A stretch of 64,000 nt of DNA from the NCBI GenBank assembly GCA_965637545.1, contig OZ281496.1, forward strand, positions 29,388,001 through 29,452,000, given 5' to 3'. Below, in pieces: positions 48,901 to 64,000 of the stretch (position 1 is the first letter of the stretch; each line of letters begins with the position of its first letter). The notes beneath the pieces were generated by a model. The model was not told where the DNA came from and did not search any database. It was given only the letters and a program-made list of their open reading frames with translations. The DNA is from Phallusia mammillata. Lineage: Eukaryota. Both the position numbers and the translations under genes were made by a program.

Positions 48901-50571
48901 ATTGAAACAAAAGGAGGGAAGTTACTTTTATCATTCCATTACTTTTCTTTAACGCAACCTTTAACGCTGTTCTCGGTATTACGATGTCCTGAGCTATTAT
49001 TAGAACCACTAAAGTATGCTTCCTTTTCTTTATGCCTATATTTTCAATATGCTATTAAATATGGGCGCAATATTTACAGTTGTAAAAAAACGACAAGAAA
49101 TACACAAAGCCCATTTAACCGAAAAAGCATTTTGACCGACTGGTACACTTTTCGAAATAATTTTAAAATTCTGAATTTAGATTATATTTCGCGAACGGCA
49201 AAATGCTTTAACTCAAATATGCCTAACTGTATGCTTTTTTTTCTGTTTATTTATATACTAATTATTTATTTTATCTCATACAACAGGCAATAACCACAAC
49301 CGTGTTTACCAAGCAATATTTTGTAAGCTTTTGTAAAAACAGCAAACATGTTGTAGGTATAATATAGGGAAATGGCCAAGGTTGACGTTGCGAAGAGTTT
49401 ACATCAAATATTTCCGCCATTTTGTAGATTTTAGAGCCACTAATCATCAAAATTAATATTTTCTACTTATAATAAGATTTCAATAGTTTTGAAACGATGA
49501 AGCAAATCAACAGTTATATTGTGATACCAATAAAAACTTTATTCCTAAATAAAAATCAAATTAAAACAGTTTATTAAAGTAAATTATTACAATGTTGCTT
49601 AAAACTGCATTTTAACAAACGGTGGTTGTTAGACGTAATTCTTGATTGTTTTGAGTTACGGCGAAATAGTTTCGCCAAATTTTGGTCGATAATTGGGAAG
49701 TTACGCTTCGGCAATTCCCCGGGACGACAGATGCTTCGCCCCCGGTTCAACATGATTAAACCGCCGTCATCTTTGAATGGAACAGTCTCGCGCTCTCGCT
49801 GCATAAGAAAGAGAGGGAAAAAGGGAAAAGCCTTCCAAGATCGCCTTTCCTTCGATGCACTGCCTTTTTCCCCCGAACTCTTCAATGCAATATTTGTAAA
49901 GAATCGAGACTGGCTTGGAGTTTAAAAACGGCGTTCATCTCTCTATGGACACATCAATCCATGTTCGTGGCCTCAAAGGACGCCAGTTGGGCCACCGTTT
50001 GGCGTAATGTCTGCAGGTCAGGTCACTAGGCACTAGGCAGCTAGAAGCGGTGTCCCAGTGCGCCAAGTGAGGCAGCAGCAGCACAGCAAGTCGACTTGGG
50101 CCTCCGCGGGATTACTTGCAAACAAACTGCAGGGATCGCTCGCCCAGGGATTTTATATGCAATTTGTGAAGGTTTTAATTGCGCTTAGTGACAGGCATAC
50201 GAAGTTCAATGCAGGAAAAGCGTGCAACGTTTTATCATCAAGGGTAAACTGAACGCCAGGGAATTGCAAAGTCCTTTTTGTTTACTTTGAAGTTTCGCGG
50301 TTCAGAAGTTATCACTGCTTATACTAAACATGTACAATGACAAGAATAGACTAACAACACATAAACATTTTGAATATATGTTGCGTTTAAAAATACAATA
50401 GCCTATACTGATGTCTAGACAGCATTTTTTCAAAATGAAACAAAATTTGTGTTTTTGGATGTGGTGTTTAAATTCTGTCCACGTTTTTCACAACATGTTC
50501 TTTCACAGATTGACGTACATCAAACCATTTGAAAACTTGAACAATTTCTTGCAAAATTATCTTGAAATAAA

Positions 50572-63120
<12,549 letters not shown>

Positions 63121-64000
63121 ATAAAAATTACAATTTTGTTGTTTGAAAACATATTTGTTTTTGTAGTTTTTCATTTCTTAAACTTTACAACTTTTTTGCC
63201 TTTTTTTAAGTTTTTGGTTGTGCAAAATATTTTTTTTTAGTTTTTTATTTATTCAAAAATTTCAAAATTTTAGTTTTTCATTTATTCAAAACCTTCAAAA
63301 ATTTGTGCCCGTTCAAATTTTGGAGTTTTTGGTTTTGCAAATTTTGTAGAAGTTCAACTTGAAAAACTTTCTCGAATTTAAAAAGTTTTTCCGGCTTAAC
63401 GCACTTTGACCTGTGACCCTTAACCTTTTGAACTTTTTTGCAGCTCTGAACGGGTACAGTTAAACCAGCGATCCGCAATCGATCAATTAGAGCTTGACCG
63501 CCGTGAAGAAATTGAAGGCAGAAAGTCGCTTACGTCATGCCGTTGCCATGCGACAATAAGAATTATACAGTTCCAATCCTCTTCTGCAGACAGAGCAGTA
63601 TTTTTCCTGACTTTTTCGTTTTTTTCTTGTGTTTTTCGCTTTGTATATTTTTGATCGGCGAATAATTTTGGTTAGTTTCTCGCCATAAGGTGTCGCCCCG
63701 CGCCAGATAATCCGAGTTTTTTATTTTTTTTGCGTGGCACCGTTTGACGATTTGTCACCAACTATTCAAACCAATTACCGACAAAGCACATTACAATTGC
63801 AACTCGATTGCGTAAAAGACAAATTCTTGCCCAAAATGTAGTTTTCCAAACCAAAATCGACAAACAATTATTCGTTAAATATTAACAACCGTATTTTAAA
63901 GGCAAGCGGGTTTAGGTAGTTCTGCTTTATAGAAGACTAAATTTTCTGAACCTGATTTAGTTGAATGTCAAATCTAGTTGGGGTGTCGTTATCGCAGCAG

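Noticed and set aside
49075-49231. Degenerate inverted repeats (also 58134-58322) suggesting further MITEs
   Set aside because: Termini too decayed and no verifiable TSD; not listed as features.

Overview
AT-rich, intron-containing animal DNA, most consistent with an ascidian tunicate (compact genes, short GT-AG introns, a single-helix invertebrate-type COE gene); the species cannot be fixed from the sequence alone. Nine protein-coding genes were reconstructed by hand from splice sites and reading frame: the 3' part of HAT1 (+), CDK2/3 (-), an intronless-CDS uronyl 2-O-sulfotransferase UST (+), FBXO4 (-), two orphan bZIP genes facing each other tail-to-tail across ~15.7 kb (bZIP-A +, 13982-16514; bZIP-B -, 32188-33783), an intronless-CDS glucuronyltransferase B3GAT (-), ABHD10 (+) and a complete 15-exon COE/EBF gene (+). 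There are also at least nine MITEs (seven hAT-like with 8-bp TSDs, two pogo/Tigger-like) and a palindromic repeat family. The best candidate for an undescribed system is the bZIP pair. Both proteins have a C/EBP-type basic region with an unusual Cys, and a leucine zipper with the L-L-L-T(R)..M signature of vertebrate CHOP/DDIT3. Unlike CHOP, their DNA-binding basic region looks intact. Both carry p53/p63-type response elements. bZIP-B has an ATF4-like leader (short uORF plus a long overlapping out-of-frame uORF). bZIP-A has an intronic CARE/p53/YY1 module that could drive a short bZIP-only isoform. The region is rich in CRE, CARE, AP-1 and HSE motifs. Together this suggests a CHOP/Xrp1-like stress-integration locus in an invertebrate chordate. 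Exon structures and motifs are seen in the sequence; orthology and regulatory function are inference and need database or experimental checks.
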